Below, piece after piece: positions 10,396 through 24,009 of a stretch of DNA of 64,000 nt. Within the stretch, counting starts at the first letter, position 1. Each line of letters starts with the position of its first letter. Source of the stretch: Ginglymostoma cirratum (Eukaryota); assembly GCA_024137785.1 (NCBI GenBank), contig JAHRHZ010000023.1:4976087-5040086 (forward strand). Reading direction: 5' to 3'. The position numbers were made by a program, and so were the translations under genes. The notes beneath the pieces are model-generated. The model did not search any database, was not told where the DNA came from, and was given only the letters and a program-made list of their open reading frames with translations.

Positions 10396-12861
10396 TTTCC
10401 CGCTCCAGTTACTCCCAGCCATGAACCCATTTCATCTGTTGTCTCCATTTCCATCCTTCAGTCAGGGTTTTGGCTGACACCCAACACAATGGCACAGCGT
10501 GTTCAGGAGTCCTCTGAGGGTGTTCTCCACCATCACGACAATATTCAGGACAATCACTGCACGTACATTATCCACTAGATGGAGTCTATGTGCTAATTCA
10601 TTATACTGTGACAGTGCTGACAAACATCAACTGCACACGACTTAACAGTGTCTCGTGTAACTGAATAATACTGTCCACGAAACTCCACAGATTCAAGCGC
10701 TCAGCCTGCACCAGACTGAACTCAGTGCAGCTGGCTTCACTCAGTGTACTTGGTACAGTGTACTTACCACAGTGAACTATGGAAGGAAAATGTAAAATGG
10801 GCTCCAGGTCATGACATTGCATCCAATCATTGGTGTGATTTTTATTCCAAAAAGCTTCTTGTATAGTTTCTCACCTTTTTCTAACATGGTGGTCTTTCCC
10901 AATGACCAGTCTCGCTACTCTCACTCACTGAATTCCATTCTCGAATACTATAATCTTAACTGAATAACACCTTCCACATTCTCCATTCAAAGGGATGTCC
11001 AAAAATGCCAGTTTATGTAAATGGTGTACAGTTATCTCAGATTGCTTTCTGTTTCCTTCCCAGTGGTAGTTATCTGTGGTTATATTATTTGCTAATCGCA
11101 TTGCATGTTAACTTGGCAGAGCAAAATATGAACATTCTCCACTTTCTTAATTTTACATAGTTTTCTTCCCATTTCTGTTTCCCTCATTTTTTGTGGCTAT
11201 TTGGGGCTCCCAATAAGCTGAGTGAAACTAAACTCCTTCTGGAAATAAACAATTGTCCATTCTCCAAAATTGCTCGTTCCAGTATCACATTGAAAGCATA
11301 TACAAACTTCAGCCTAGATAACAAGGTACCTTTTATCTCTGATACAAACTTCAGCCTTGTTGTTTGTGTGCCTGAGCTATTATGTTGGTTATCACTGTGC
11401 TTCCAATACACTGAGACATAATCTGCCGATTGTAGAGAGGTACCACTTTGTAGTTTGTACTGATTAAGTTTGACCTTCTGTAAATATATCATAGGCAGAA
11501 CTCCATTTTTGTTGCTACTTCGTGAATTCTTTAAGACCCCTGATGATTTGTCCCAGAAGCCTGTGTAAAAGCAGTCACTATCAGCATTGCTGGAGTGTTT
11601 TTTGTATTTTTTTTAGATCCATTGGTGTCCTGTGCCAGTCAAATATTTCAGAGTCCACTGATGCAGGAATTACAAAATAAAATGCCTGCTAAAGCAACCC
11701 ATTTTGAACTATTAATTTTTTCTGTTATGGTCCAAATGTCAATCATCTGATTCAAACGGCATCATGTTCAAGCTTATTCTTTCATTCTTGCAGCTAATTA
11801 GGCTGTTGCTGCTTTCAGAAATAACATCTACATGTGCATCTGTCTTTGGGAACTTTGGGCTCTCTTATTTGCTGTAGCCTGTGATTTCTTTGCTGGGAAT
11901 TGTATCGTGGGGTGGTTCCTTGTCCACACATGAAAATACATCCACAGTGATAGACTTCTACCTCATTATGTGAGAATATGTGAGGTACTTAGTTCAAAGA
12001 GATTACAGCAAAAGTATTTAAACCAGTTGCTGAACTATATTTATGCTTTGGGTTTGCCCACAGGGTCCCTTTAGGGTGGAATAAACCACCCTTAATTGCT
12101 TTACTGTCCCACTAGGGACAATCTTCTCTCATAGTCATGAGCAAATTTGAGGCCCGCTTCAACATCAATAAAATCAATTGTGTGTTCCAGATTTTGTACA
12201 TTAAAACTTTATGCAGAAAAATTTATCTCCTTGAAACTCCCTCAGTTCATTGTGGTCGGATTGAATCTTTCTCTTTGCTGGAATAATACCTGTCTGTCAT
12301 GCAATCGTTTAGTCGACTTCCAGGAGCACTGACATATGTGTCTGGAAATGTTCTGAATTTGATAGGATAGATGCTGTCACCGGAATCAGTCTTTTCAAAA
12401 GATGGATTACGACAGAATCCAGAATTATGAACTAATTGTAGGAGAAAAATGTTTTCTTTTCTTCCAAAGGTGACGGACTGCGTTGCTGAATGACCACCTT
12501 TCCCAGCAGATAAACACTGAGAAACCTTGAACCAAATCACACTGCACAGACGTGGCTGTTTGGTCAGGAATACCCCCGACTGTTGACATATTCAGTTTCT
12601 CCAGCCTGGCCCTTTCCTTTCTCAACTCCCTTTAAAACAGAATATAATGTTTCCTAACAACTGCTACAGAAAGGGATTTTCTTCAATGTGATGTTGACCT
12701 GGGAACTTACCATAGTCTTAGAAATCTCCAGCTCTACTTTTAATGTACCTACCTGTGATAGAGGTCCAAGGATTTATAAAGCAGGGCACTTCAGCAGACC
12801 CTCTCTGAGTTCTTGTGTAAGTTCTCTCCTGTACCTCTTTTTCCTGAGTGTAAGAGCTCTC

Positions 12862-14260
12862 AAAGAACAAAGAACAGTACAGCACAGGAACAGGTCCTTC
12901 AGCCCACCAAGACTGCGCTGACACATGATGCTTTTCTAAACTAAAAACCTTTTGCCTCCACACAGTCTGTATCCCTCTATTTCCTGCCTATTCATGTTTC
13001 TGTCAAGATGCCTCTTAAACATTGCTATTGTACCTACTTCTACCTCCTCCTCTGGCAGCGCATTCCAGGCACGTGCCATCCTTCGAGTAAAAAAGCTTTA
13101 AACTTTACCCTTTTTACCTTAAACCTATGTCCCTTGATAATTGATATTTCTGCCCTAGGAACATGACTCCGACTATCCATTCTATCCTGGTACCTCTATC
13201 AAGTTTCCTCCTCAGCCTCCGGCTTCAAGTGAAAACAAACCAATCTCTCCCCATAGCTAATTGTCCAATCTCTCCTCATAGCTAATTCTCTCTAAACTAG
13301 GCAGCACCCTGATAAACCTTTTCTGTACTCCTCCAAAGCCTCCACCTCCTTGTGCTAGTGTGGTGATCTACGCAATGTTCCATATGTGGCCTAACTAAAA
13401 TTTTATACTGTGCAACATGACTTGCCAATACTCTGTGCCCTGACTGATGATGCAAGCATGCCATATGCCTTTGTGAACACCTTATCCACCTGTGCTGCCA
13501 TTTTCAGGGAAGTACGGACCTGTATACCTAGATCCCTCTGTATTTTGATGCTATTAAGGATTTACTATATACTTACGTCCTGCATTAGATCTTCCAAAAT
13601 GCATCACCTTGCATTTATCTAGATTAAGTTCCATTTGCAATTTCTCCGTACAAGTTTCCAGCCTATTTATATCCTGCTGCATCCTCAGATAATCCTCGTC
13701 ACTACCCACAGCTCCCCCAATCTTTGTGTCATCCACAAACTTACTAATCAAACTACCTACGTTCTCCTCCAGATCATTTATATATATTCCAAACAACAGG
13801 GGTCTCAGCACAGATACCTGCAGAATACCACTGGTCACAGATCTCCAGTCAGAAAAATACCCTTCCACCATTACTCTCTGTTTTCTATTACGAAACCAAT
13901 TCTGGATCCATTTTATCAGCTCACCACAGATCCCATGTGACTTCACCTTTTCTATAAGCCTTCCATGAGGGACCTGTGAAGGGTTTTGCTAAAGTCCATC
14001 TGGACAATATCCTCCATCCTGCCCTCATCAATCTTTGTCACTTCCTCAAAACCTCAATCAAGTTGTGAGACACAATCTTCCCCACACAAAGGCATGCGGC
14101 CTATCATTATAAGTCTATATTTTTCCAAAAGTGAGTAAGCCCTATCCGTAAGAATCTTCTCCAATAATTTCCTTACCGCTGATGTAAGGTTCACCTGCCT
14201 ATAATTCCCCCGATTATCTCTGTTGCTCTTCTGAAACAAAGGAGCAATATTGACTCTTCC
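12862..14260 (-). mobile_element. CR1 LINE 3' fragment (RT domain and 3' UTR), decayed
   Basis: WIQNW..RKQRVMVEG..SVTSGILQVSVLRPLLFGIYINDL..ISKFVDDTKIGG..KCKVMHFGRSN, plus NYRQVNLTS. Confidence 0.92.
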
Positions 14261-14269
14261 TGTCAAAAT

Positions 14270-14945
14270 GGACAATTCAATGTTTTCCTAAAATGTACTC
14301 CATTGGCCACATCATTGTCCATTTATTTAACCTATCTATATCTTTTTGTAACCTTCTTGTGTCCTCTTCGCAAATTGCTTTTCTACCTGTTGTTGAACCT
14401 TCAGCAAATTTGGCAACCATACCTTCTGTCCCTTAATCTAATGAGTTAACAGTTGAGGTCTCAGTACCAGTCCCTGGAACACACTACTAATTTCATTTTG
14501 TGAACCTGCAAAAGCCCCTTTTACACCTACTCTCTGTTTCCTGTTAGGGAGATGATCTTCTACCCAGGCTAATATGCAACCCTCCAAATTTATTTTCCAC
14601 AGTAACCTTTGATGTGGCACCTTATAAATGGCTTCTGGAAATCTAAGTACAGCACATCCACTAATTCTCCTTTATTTATGGCACATCTTACTTCCTCAAA
14701 GTGCTCCAATAGGTTGGTCAAGCACGATTTCCTTTTCACAAAACCATGTTGAGTCTGCCTGATTACCTTGAAGTTATTTACGTGCTATAATTTCTTTAAT
14801 AGTAGCATCTAACATTTTCCCTATGACAGGTATTAAGCTAACTGGCCTATAGTTTCTTGCTTTCAGTCTCTCTCTTCCTTTTTGAATAAAGGAATTACTG
14901 TCACTGTCTTTCAATCTAATGGAACTGTCCACGAATCAAGGGAGC
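14270..14945 (-). mobile_element. CR1 LINE RT fragment
   Basis: PHQRLLWK..RKQRVGVKG..FQGLVLRPQL. Confidence 0.8.
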
Positions 14946-15869
14946 TTCCACTGGTTGAAGTTATACTTTTCATAATGAAGTTTTCATGTCTCAGATGATG
15001 GTTTCCAATCCATTTGGTGCTGTTTCATAACTCCCTTTCAAACAATTGAAAGATAACAATATTAAGTTCCTTTTTTCAAAAATAAATCGCGTTAATCTGA
15101 GTCAGATTATCATTCATATCCAAATAAATACTAGTTTTAAACTCATCAAACTGCGTTGCCTATCTTGACATTTTCATTTCATAGTATACCGACAGTTATG
15201 TTATGCATAAAATTTAATTATTCTTTTTCCCAGCACGTTGAAACTCTTTGGCCTCTTACTGACACTGATTACGTTTATTCCCGTATTTTTGCCTTTTTTA
15301 GTTTTCCACAATTTTCAGTTGCTTGTGTTAATAAACTTTCACCACCTTATTTTGTTAGGAGTATACTTGAATAGATTCCAACACCAGATAGTATAAAACA
15401 ATAGCAGGCTGTCATTACAGTGTTACCATTTTCACCAGACTAACATGTTTCCACTGAAACTAATTTTCGCAGGATAACACAGGATCCTGTCAATTTGTGC
15501 TTAACCCTCTCTATCACACCTGGTCATTTTTTACACTACACATATAACTTTGTCAAAATGTGATAACCCTAACCTCCAGCAGACACTGCAGGGATACACC
15601 TCCTGGTTGAGGTCAGGCTAGAATGAAAGGTCCCACTCTCAATCAGTGCACTGACATTCATGGTCTAGGTTTATAATTGAAGATGGATCACTGAGTCAAG
15701 AAGCTGCCTGCAGATGTGGGTCATGGATGCCAACTTATCCACTGACTCCATGTTGCAAATTTGAATTAGGTTTTGGATAGTCTCCAGCTGCAGTCTGACA
15801 ATCTCAGCCCATCAATAATGTCCAATACCTCAACCTATGATAGTATGACCCATGGTACAAACAATTGTA

Positions 15870-16553
15870 GCTCAACCCAAGTTGGAGGAATAGCATCACA
15901 TGGGGTGGCACAGTGGCTCAATGGTTAGCACTGCTGCTTCACAGTGCCTAGGAGCTAGGTTCAATTCCATCCTTGGATGACTGTCTGCATTGGTTTCCTC
16001 TGAATGCTTTGGTTTCCTCCCACAGACCAAAGATGTGCAGGTTAGTTGGATTAGTCATGGGAAATGCAGGATTACAGGAATGAGGGGAGGCTTTGGAGGG
16101 TTGGTGTGGACTTGATGATCCATGCTGTAGAGTGTTCTATGACCTCATCTTCTACCTAGACATCTTACAGCCCTCCAACATTGAGTTTAACAATTTCAGA
16201 TCATGAACACCTCCCCACACCCCCAGGTCCTGTTACATACAGGTTGCTCCCAGCACGGTTACCCCATTTTCAAGTATTCACATTTCCAGTCAGCGCCTTT
16301 CAGCATTTATCCCTCTCTGGACTTGACATCAACAGTCCCTTTTCTGCTTCTTTTCTCCCTCTGTCTCTCTCTCTGGGCATTAGCCCCATCTATTCAGCTT
16401 GTTCCGTACTGTCCCCGGTCATTAGTATAAAAAGCCTTTTCCAGCTGCTTTCAATTCTGATGAAGGGTCACTTGACTCGAACCATTAACTCTGTTTTGTT
16501 TTCAGCAGATGCTGTCAGACCTGCTGTGTTTTACCAGCAATTTCTGTTTTGGT
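15870..16553 (+). mobile_element. PLE 3' end with degenerate hammerhead cassette (about 16455-16495), interrupted by a SINE
   Basis: ORF-end remnant (CAAGTTGGAGGAA..CCTCATCTTCTACCTAG..TTTAACAATTTCAGA) and CTGATGAAGGGTCACTTGACTCGAACC. Confidence 0.7.
15905..16143 (+). mobile_element. tRNA-derived SINE, family A (HE1/V-SINE-like)
   Basis: GGCACAGTGGCTCAATGGTTAGCACTGCTGCTTCACAG head, AAAGATGTGCAGGTTAG core and CR1-like tail. Confidence 0.85.
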
Positions 16554-17179
16554 ATGAACAATTATACAGCTTTGTTATGTATCTTTTACCTATGTTCCCA
16601 ATGACCTTAAATCTTTTAGCTTCTTTGATTCAAAGTAATTAAATCTACTATAGAGGACTAGTTAGGAATGGAATCACTTTATTTTGTCAGTACAATTTGT
16701 ATATGCAAATAATACAAAGTAATGAACAGGCCACCTCTCCCCATATCAGTGCTTGATTAGAACAAAATATATTTGCTGAAAGCTTGCTTTCCATTTAAAA
16801 CTTGACTATCTGCCTCTGCTTTTTCAAGCTTTTTTGTTTACAAGGAAAAATAGCATATGCCAACCAATGCGTGCTTCATACCCAGGTTGAGAAATCTTCC
16901 AACTCAGTGCTTCTTAGTTATTTAGCAATTATAAGATAAATTAACAAATTTTTCATTGTTTACGGTCCGCGAGGAAACAAATTCAAAGCCTGATAAATTT
17001 AACATTTTAATCGCCTTTTTGGGTTTATGTGAATACTCCTGCTTTAAAATTACAAGGAAATGAAAGTTACTAGCAGTACAGTGAGGTGAAAATGGGGACG
17101 TATTCCTATATTGTAGCAATATTGTATAAGGAAGAGATTTAGGATAAAAGTACTGTTGGATGATGGAATTCCAATATAA

Positions 17180-17620
17180 ACCAGGCAGTGCTGGAGAAAC
17201 CTGGCAGGTCTGGCAGCGTCTCTGGAGAGAAAAACAGTTTCAAGTCTGATATGAGTCTTGTTTAGAACTAATGGGCCTGGAAAGCAGAGGTTTTTGTGCT
17301 GTTGACAGAGGGGAGGAGAGCAAGTAGAACAGATGGTGAGGATGCCCAGGAGAAGAGACAAAGTGTTTGAGCTAATGGTGGTAAAAGAGCATGGATATTT
17401 AAAATAAGTGTCAAATGGAGTACATAGGTCTAGTCTGCTGAGCGATAAATTAAGCAAGATACAAACAAGAAGTAGCCCATGGGGGTGACGGTGTGTGGGG
17501 GATGAGGTAAGAAAAAAATTGAAGGAAGAGGTCATGTCGTGAATTGTGGAACTCAGTGTTGAGTCATCGAGGTTCTAAAATGCCTAAACAAAAAAAAGTA
17601 AGATGGTGTGTTTAGATGTT
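17180..17620 (-). mobile_element. PLE 3' terminal fragment
   Basis: GCTGGAGAAACCTGGCAGGTCTGGCAGC cassette followed by a purine-rich UTR and an ORF-end remnant. Confidence 0.65.
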
Positions 17621-17689
17621 TGTACGTTTCTGACGCCACATGGACGGAGCCCCTGTATGATCTGGTTCTGTGGAATAACTAAATGAGAC

Positions 17690-19700
17690 AAGTCAGTAGG
17701 GGAACAACTAGGGAACAATGATCAAAGGGTATGATTGCGTTTATATGGAAAAAGGCAAGGAACAGAGTAGAGTACAAGTACATAATTAGATGGGGCCGAT
17801 TTTGTGGTTGAAAAGAGACTTGTTTGAGTAAATTGTAGTAAAATATTGGTAGCTGAAATTGTAAAGGATCAAAGAGCTGCTCTGAAAGAGGTGAGAGTTG
17901 GGGTATAGTCGAGGTACATTCCAACAAGGGAGAAATGTAGGATAACTGTAGGTGTCCCTGGATGACACAAGAGATAAGGAATAAGTTAAAGTGGTAAAAG
18001 GGGCTGTATGACCGATGTCAAGTTGATAATACAAGTGTGAACCAGACTAGCTATAGAAATAAGGGAGGCAAAGAGAGACTATGAGGAGAGACTGGAACTA
18101 GCATAAAGGAGAAAACGACATTTTTGCCTAAAGAGAAGATTTGTCTAAAGACCAAAAAAGGGAATATACACACGGAGGTAGAGTGCATGGCTGAGGTAAT
18201 AAGTTTGCATTTGTATTTGTACTTTAACCTTGCATTTGTACTTACCATGGCAGAAGTTGCTGCTAAAGTCATCAGGAAGGTAATTGAGATACAGGATAGG
18301 CTAAAAAAATGATAAACATGAAGTATTGGAAATACTGGCCTGAAGTTGATAAGTCATCAGGACCAGATCAGTTATGTCCCAGAATGGTGCTGGTAAATAA
18401 GGATGGAAATTGCAGAGACATTGACTATAATTATCCCAACTTCCTTTGTTACAGAGGTGGTGCCAGAGAACTGGAGAATCTCTACTGCTATACCATTGTT
18501 CAGAATAAGGGTGTGAGGTTAAACCCAGCGATACAAGCCTGGTCGGTTTAATCTTGGTGGTGGGGAAGCTTTCAGAAATGATAATTTGGGACAAAAGTAG
18601 CAGACATTTTGGTTTCACAATGTTTGCATACAAACTGCTGAAGGTGTCAGCAGGTTGAGAAGATGGTTAATAAAGGAGACAGAGTCCTGGGCTTTATAAA
18701 CAGAACATAAGGGCAAGGAGCAGGCCATTCAGCCCATCAAACCTGCTCCAATATTGAATACAATCGTAGCTGACCTCATCGCAGCCTCAACTTCACTTTC
18801 TTGCCTGTTTTCCCTAAACCTTCAATCATTCCTAATTAAAAATCCATCTATCTCCTCCTTAACTTTACTCACTGCAGTAGCATCCACCACACTCTGGGAT
18901 AGTGAATTCCACAGATTCATGGCCCTTTGAGAGAAGTAATTCCTCCTCATCTCTGCTTTAAATCTGCTACCCCTTATCCTAAAATGATGATCTCTCATTC
19001 TGGATTGCACCACCTGAGGAAACATCTTTTATAATGTTTACTTTGTCAATCGCCTTTAATGTCTTATGTAAGTCAATTAGACCTCCTCTCTTTCTTCTAA
19101 ACTTTGGAAAGCATGGGCCTAAACTGCTCAGTCTCTCTTCATAAGACAAACCTGTCATCTCTGGAATCAATCTAGTGAACCTTCTGCAAACTGCCTCCAA
19201 TGCAACTACATCCCTCCTCAAGTAGGGGAACCAAAACATACACGCAATACACCAGACGAAGAGCTGTAGAGCACAGGAGCAAAGAGGTTATGGTGAAGCT
19301 TTCTGAACACTGGTTCAGCCTCAGCTAGAGTATTGTGTTAAAATCTGGGCACCACACACTTAGTTGGCTGTAGTGGCTTTAGAAAAAAGTGCAGAAAAGA
19401 TTTACAGGAATCATTCCAGAGGTAAGAAACTTCATTTACAAGGATAGATTGGAGAAACTGGGCTTGCTTACCTTACAGAAGAGGAAGTTCAGAAGAGATC
19501 AAATAGAAGTGGTCAAAATCATAAGGGAACTGGACAGAGTTGATAGGGAGGAACTGTTCCCTGTGCTGGAGGGGTTGACAACCAAAGGAAATAGATCTTG
19601 GGTTCCATTCTTTTGCCAAAGGTGACATGGATTTTTTTTAACACAGCAGGTGGTTTGGATCTAGAATGAGCTTCGAGAGGGTAATTGGGATAGATTCAAT
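17690..19700 (+). mobile_element. Old CR1 LINE fragments with a nested antisense CR1 3' end (18700-19245)
   Basis: VDKSSGPDQL, QKRFTGIIPEVRNFIYKDRLEKLGL on +; FWFPYLRRDVVALEAVCRRFTRLIP on -. Confidence 0.78.
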
Positions 19701-20009
19701 TTGAAAGTAACTGTCTAAGGGCCTGTAGATTAAAAACAACAAGTGTAATGGGGAAACAGCAGAGAAATGGGAATAGCTGTTCCACTCCTACCAAATTACC
19801 CCCGTGTGTGTTGGAATAATTTATTAAAGTTTCCCTGAAATGCAGCATTTAAAATATTCATTCACTGGGCAGATGGAGAATCTTGAAATATGATTCTCCA
19901 ACACTGGAAAGGAATTTGTCACAAGCTGTCAACATAAGATCAATGTGCATGGATCTTTGGCCTCTTTAATTGTGCTCTTCGCAAGGTTATCAAGTGGCCC
20001 CTGACAACT

Positions 20010-20570
20010 GACATCCAATGTCCAATTCCCTCCTGTCTGCTCTATCTCTACCCCTCACAATATTGTATACCTCATTCGTGTCACCCCTCGGCCTTCTCTG
20101 TTCCAAGGAAAACAGCACCAACCTCTCCAATCTCTCCTTGTAGCTACGACTCTCCAACCTTGGCAACATTCTAGTGTGAAATAATGAATGATTGTACTGT
20201 CTCTGTACTCTCTGTAGGGCAATTACATCCTTCCTGTAATGTGGTGACCAGAATTTCACATAATAACCCAGTTGTGGCCTCACCAGTGCTTTGTACTGTT
20301 TAACCATTATGTCTCTACTTTTATATCTATATCTCTGCCAATGAAGGAGAGCATCCATTTGCCTTCCTTACAACCTTATGTATCTGCACTGCTACCTTTA
20401 GGACCCAGTGCACTCGCACACCAAGATCTCCCACTTCATCTACCGTTCTCAGTATATTCCCGTTTATTTGCATTCCCTTTTACTGTTTGACCTCCCTAAA
20501 TGCATTGGCTCACATTTATCAGAGTTGAACTCTATCTGCCACTTTCCTGCCTACTCCACCAACCCATCTG
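20010..20570 (-). mobile_element. CR1 LINE fragment
   Basis: YKALVRPQLGYYVKFWSPHYRKDVIALQRVQR. Confidence 0.88.
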
Positions 20571-20979
20571 TATCAGCCAAACTAATCCTCTTCTCATTCT
20601 GGCTTCTACTCTCTGTCTTTCTCAAACCCAAGGGCTTTTTGCCACTTTGCCAACTGCAGTCTTTTAAAAGCTGTGACCACAGTGCATTTCCTTTCCTCCA
20701 AACCAGGTCGGGAATAGTGCAGTAAATGTGCTGTGAATACCAATGACCTCCTCTCCATGAACGTCTTGTGGATTTACTGACAGAATGGTGTTGATGGATG
20801 TGAATGTGCTACCCTGCTTTAAACAGCTAGTCAAAGAGGTGTCCGACTGCATAACTGGGACCATGGGAGAATGCAGTAGGAATGGTTATACTTTCTGCAT
20901 ATTTCAAAGTTAAGAGATGGTCTGACATATGAGAGCAGAGTTCTTAGTTGCTATCGAATTCTGTTCTGTTGTCTGTTTT

Positions 20980-21380
20980 TAATTCATTCATGAAATGTGA
21001 GCATTGCTGACAAGGCTGACATTTGCTACCCATTCCTAATTGCCCTTATAAAGAAGGTTGTGGGTCATGTTCTTGAAAAGAGCTGAATAGCTTAGTAGGA
21101 TCGTGAAGATCTAGCATCACATTTAGACCAGGCTGGATAGGGACAACTGATTTTCTTCCCTGAAAGGCATTAGTAAATATAAATTAGCTTTTACAACAAT
21201 CTGGTAGTTTTCTTGTCAGCATCTCTGATGCTGACTTTTTATTCCAGATTACAATGAACTAAGTTTACATTCACCAGCTGTGTGATAGGATTTGGACACA
21301 TGTGTCTTGATCATTAGTCCTAGTCTCCAGATTAGAATCAATCACATAACCATAATAGCTAGCGTCTTCTGACACCTCTT
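20980..21380 (-). mobile_element. tRNA-derived SINE, family B, diverged
   Basis: Reverse-complement similarity to 1563-1905. Confidence 0.7.
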
Positions 21381-22344
21381 GGACTCTCTCCTCTTTATTG
21401 AACCTAGCTTTTTCAGGGCAAAGTTTTGAATCGAGTAATACCCACCCCACTACCACAACCCTTCATACCCGTGAACCAACCACGTTTCAGCTCTGTCATT
21501 ACACTTGCCAGTATGCCATTTTACCGGTGTTTTAAGTGATATCTTGAGATGCCTTATCCTTAATCACAGTGAAATCTCTCTTGAGTTTCATTTTTGGTGG
21601 ATCAATGTTTCATGGAGCCATGGATGCCATTAAATGAAGGTTCTGTGATAAGATGCCTGTAATGTTCCCCTTGATTTGTGCAATACAGCATTGATAATTG
21701 CAACTGAGTTGAAAGTCAGGTGAATGGAATCCTTACTGATTCATCTAGCTAGTGGCTTTGTACAGCAAAGCATGTAAGGCTTGGTGCAGTCTACAATTCC
21801 CTGCATCTGCAAAATTCTTGTCATTCAGTAAAGTTTCATTGCCCCTTCATGTTGCTGCCAGATGTCCATGGAGAACAAGATGAGGTTACTCACTTGAGCA
21901 ATCAAAGCATTGGCAATTTGCTTTATTCATCAATGCAGATTATCCACTGACTGCAAATTTAACTGTGCATAGTCTGGCAGCATACGGATTACCGTCTTTT
22001 CTGATGATTTTAAGTACAGTCCCCACCATTTAAACCACCTGTGTTTAAATTGAGCAATTGTTTGTTTAAATTAAGGAAAATAGTCACTAACCCATTTCCA
22101 TGTAATTAATTAGAAAGAAACCGGCACTGCGTTTTACTCGATGGGCATTTCAGGCAAAAACAGGTGTTCAGTCAGGAGCTTGCGCTCGTTAACAGAGAAT
22201 TACTCGACAACAGCTTCAGTAATACAGTAAATTGCACTGCACTAGGGTCAGAAGTAAAGAAGTCACTGGTGGGTAATTTATTTACAGACCAACATGGGAT
22301 ATGAAAGGCTTTGGTCATTTCTGAAAGACTTTCTCTTTTTCCAG

Positions 22345-22469
22345 GGCTCTGACTGATGTTCTGAAACAACAGGGTCAGTCTACCAGCAATCATGTTGAAC
22401 GAGATGGGAAGGTAGCAATTCATGTGCAACATGAAAGCATGCAGCCAACAAGCTCCAGGAGCACCTTTG
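22345..22469 (+). CDS. SHISA9: Shisa-8/9 coding exon 2 (125 nt)
   Basis: Acceptor TTTCTCTTTTTCCAG|G and donor G|GTAAGT. In phase with exon 1, giving (R)ALTDVLKQQGQSTSNHVERDGKVAIHVQHESMQPTSSRSTF, which resembles the recalled SHISA9 ALADVMRPQG..HMERD..VHVQH. Confidence 0.92.
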
Positions 22470-24009
22470 GTAAGTTGTCCAATTTGTCAGGCTTTGGAAT
22501 TCAATGAGCTATAGCAGAATTGTTTTAGTGCTTTCTTTGGTGATGACTTTCTTGAAATATACTGTAAAACACATCACCTTTATTCTTGATATATTCTCAC
22601 ATTTATAAATATTCCTCAATTTGAAATGTAGCTCCATTAGGAAATGGCATTCATTGCTACTTCACTGGATTGTATTCTAATGCTGGCCGATCTGATTTCT
22701 AAAACGTTTGAGATTCATGTGGGGCAGGTATAAGCTCACTGAACTAAGTCCTCCAGTTTCTGATTATCTTGGCAGTCTCACCACCCCTTGCAATCTGAAT
22801 GAATTACAATTCTGCTCTGATCTGACTCTGTCTCCTGTTCCAGTTCGGGTTGGGGGAGTAAGAGAAAGAGGTAGGTGCTAAAGACAGAGCAGCCAGGAAA
22901 GAAAATGAGATTGATGACAATGTGAATCAGAAGTTTATCTTAGTAGTTTCTAGAGGACATTTTGGTTAAAATTACATGGCTAATTCCTCATGAATTAACA
23001 TATCCGTCTTAATTCATGGTAACTTTCCTGTGTGAATATATTGTGATTCACGATGAGCAGACATATGGTGGTTCCCTGTGTTTCCTCAGTGTGTTCTTCT
23101 GTATATCATTCCATGCATGATATATCGTAGAAAGGAGCATATAGCACATAAGATGAGAAATTAAACGGAAAAGGTATAATTTATAGAAAAACCAATCAAA
23201 TTACTTTAGATACTGTCCTATTAACAAGTTAAGTGCCTTGTGTCTGAATTAAGCCATTAGACTATGTCTATTATCTCTGATTTTGCATACATAAATTTTA
23301 ATGGAGGCTGGTCCCCATAAGAGCAATCTAGAACTACCATTAAAATTTTCTTTTAACATGAATTGCTGTTGTGAGTTTTTTGCCTTCCCTTTTGTGCAAT
23401 TTGCAAGGATTAATGTTGTACTTTAGGGAGAGGGAAAATCAACGGCTCATGAGGGAAAGCTACTAAAGCTCCTGTATGCAAAGGCTCGGATATATTGCTT
23501 TTGGCTTAACTGTAGCACAGAAAAAACTTAGTATGTTTAGCCTTGTAAGTAAGGGTAACGGCCATTTTCTATTGTTTAATTCCAAAATGATGCACCCGAG
23601 TATCCAGCGCTTGTTTTGAACTTCATTGAGTCTTCATGACAGTTCAGCCAACCGTGTTGGCAGGCTGAAATCGGGAGGTCACACCCTGAGTGTATCAGGT
23701 TAACTTAGAATGCATTAAATGAAGGCTGTCATTTGAGAATGGTAGAGGTGAGGAGCAATTGATCTTGAAGACTGAACAAACTTTGCCTGTAAATTACTGA
23801 ACTTGGGAAATCAGTTTTAGTTCATTTATCTTTGCCTTTTCATCTAGACAGTGCAGGATTTGTCTCTGACTGCCTGAGGGTGTGGGACTGTTAGGAGCAC
23901 TTTTGTTGCCATCTGCTGTGTGAGGTTCTGACAAAGAGAATTACCATACTAATGGAGGAGTAGGACTGGTTGGAAGAAAGATGATGTTACTAATATGTCC
24001 TTAAGTACC

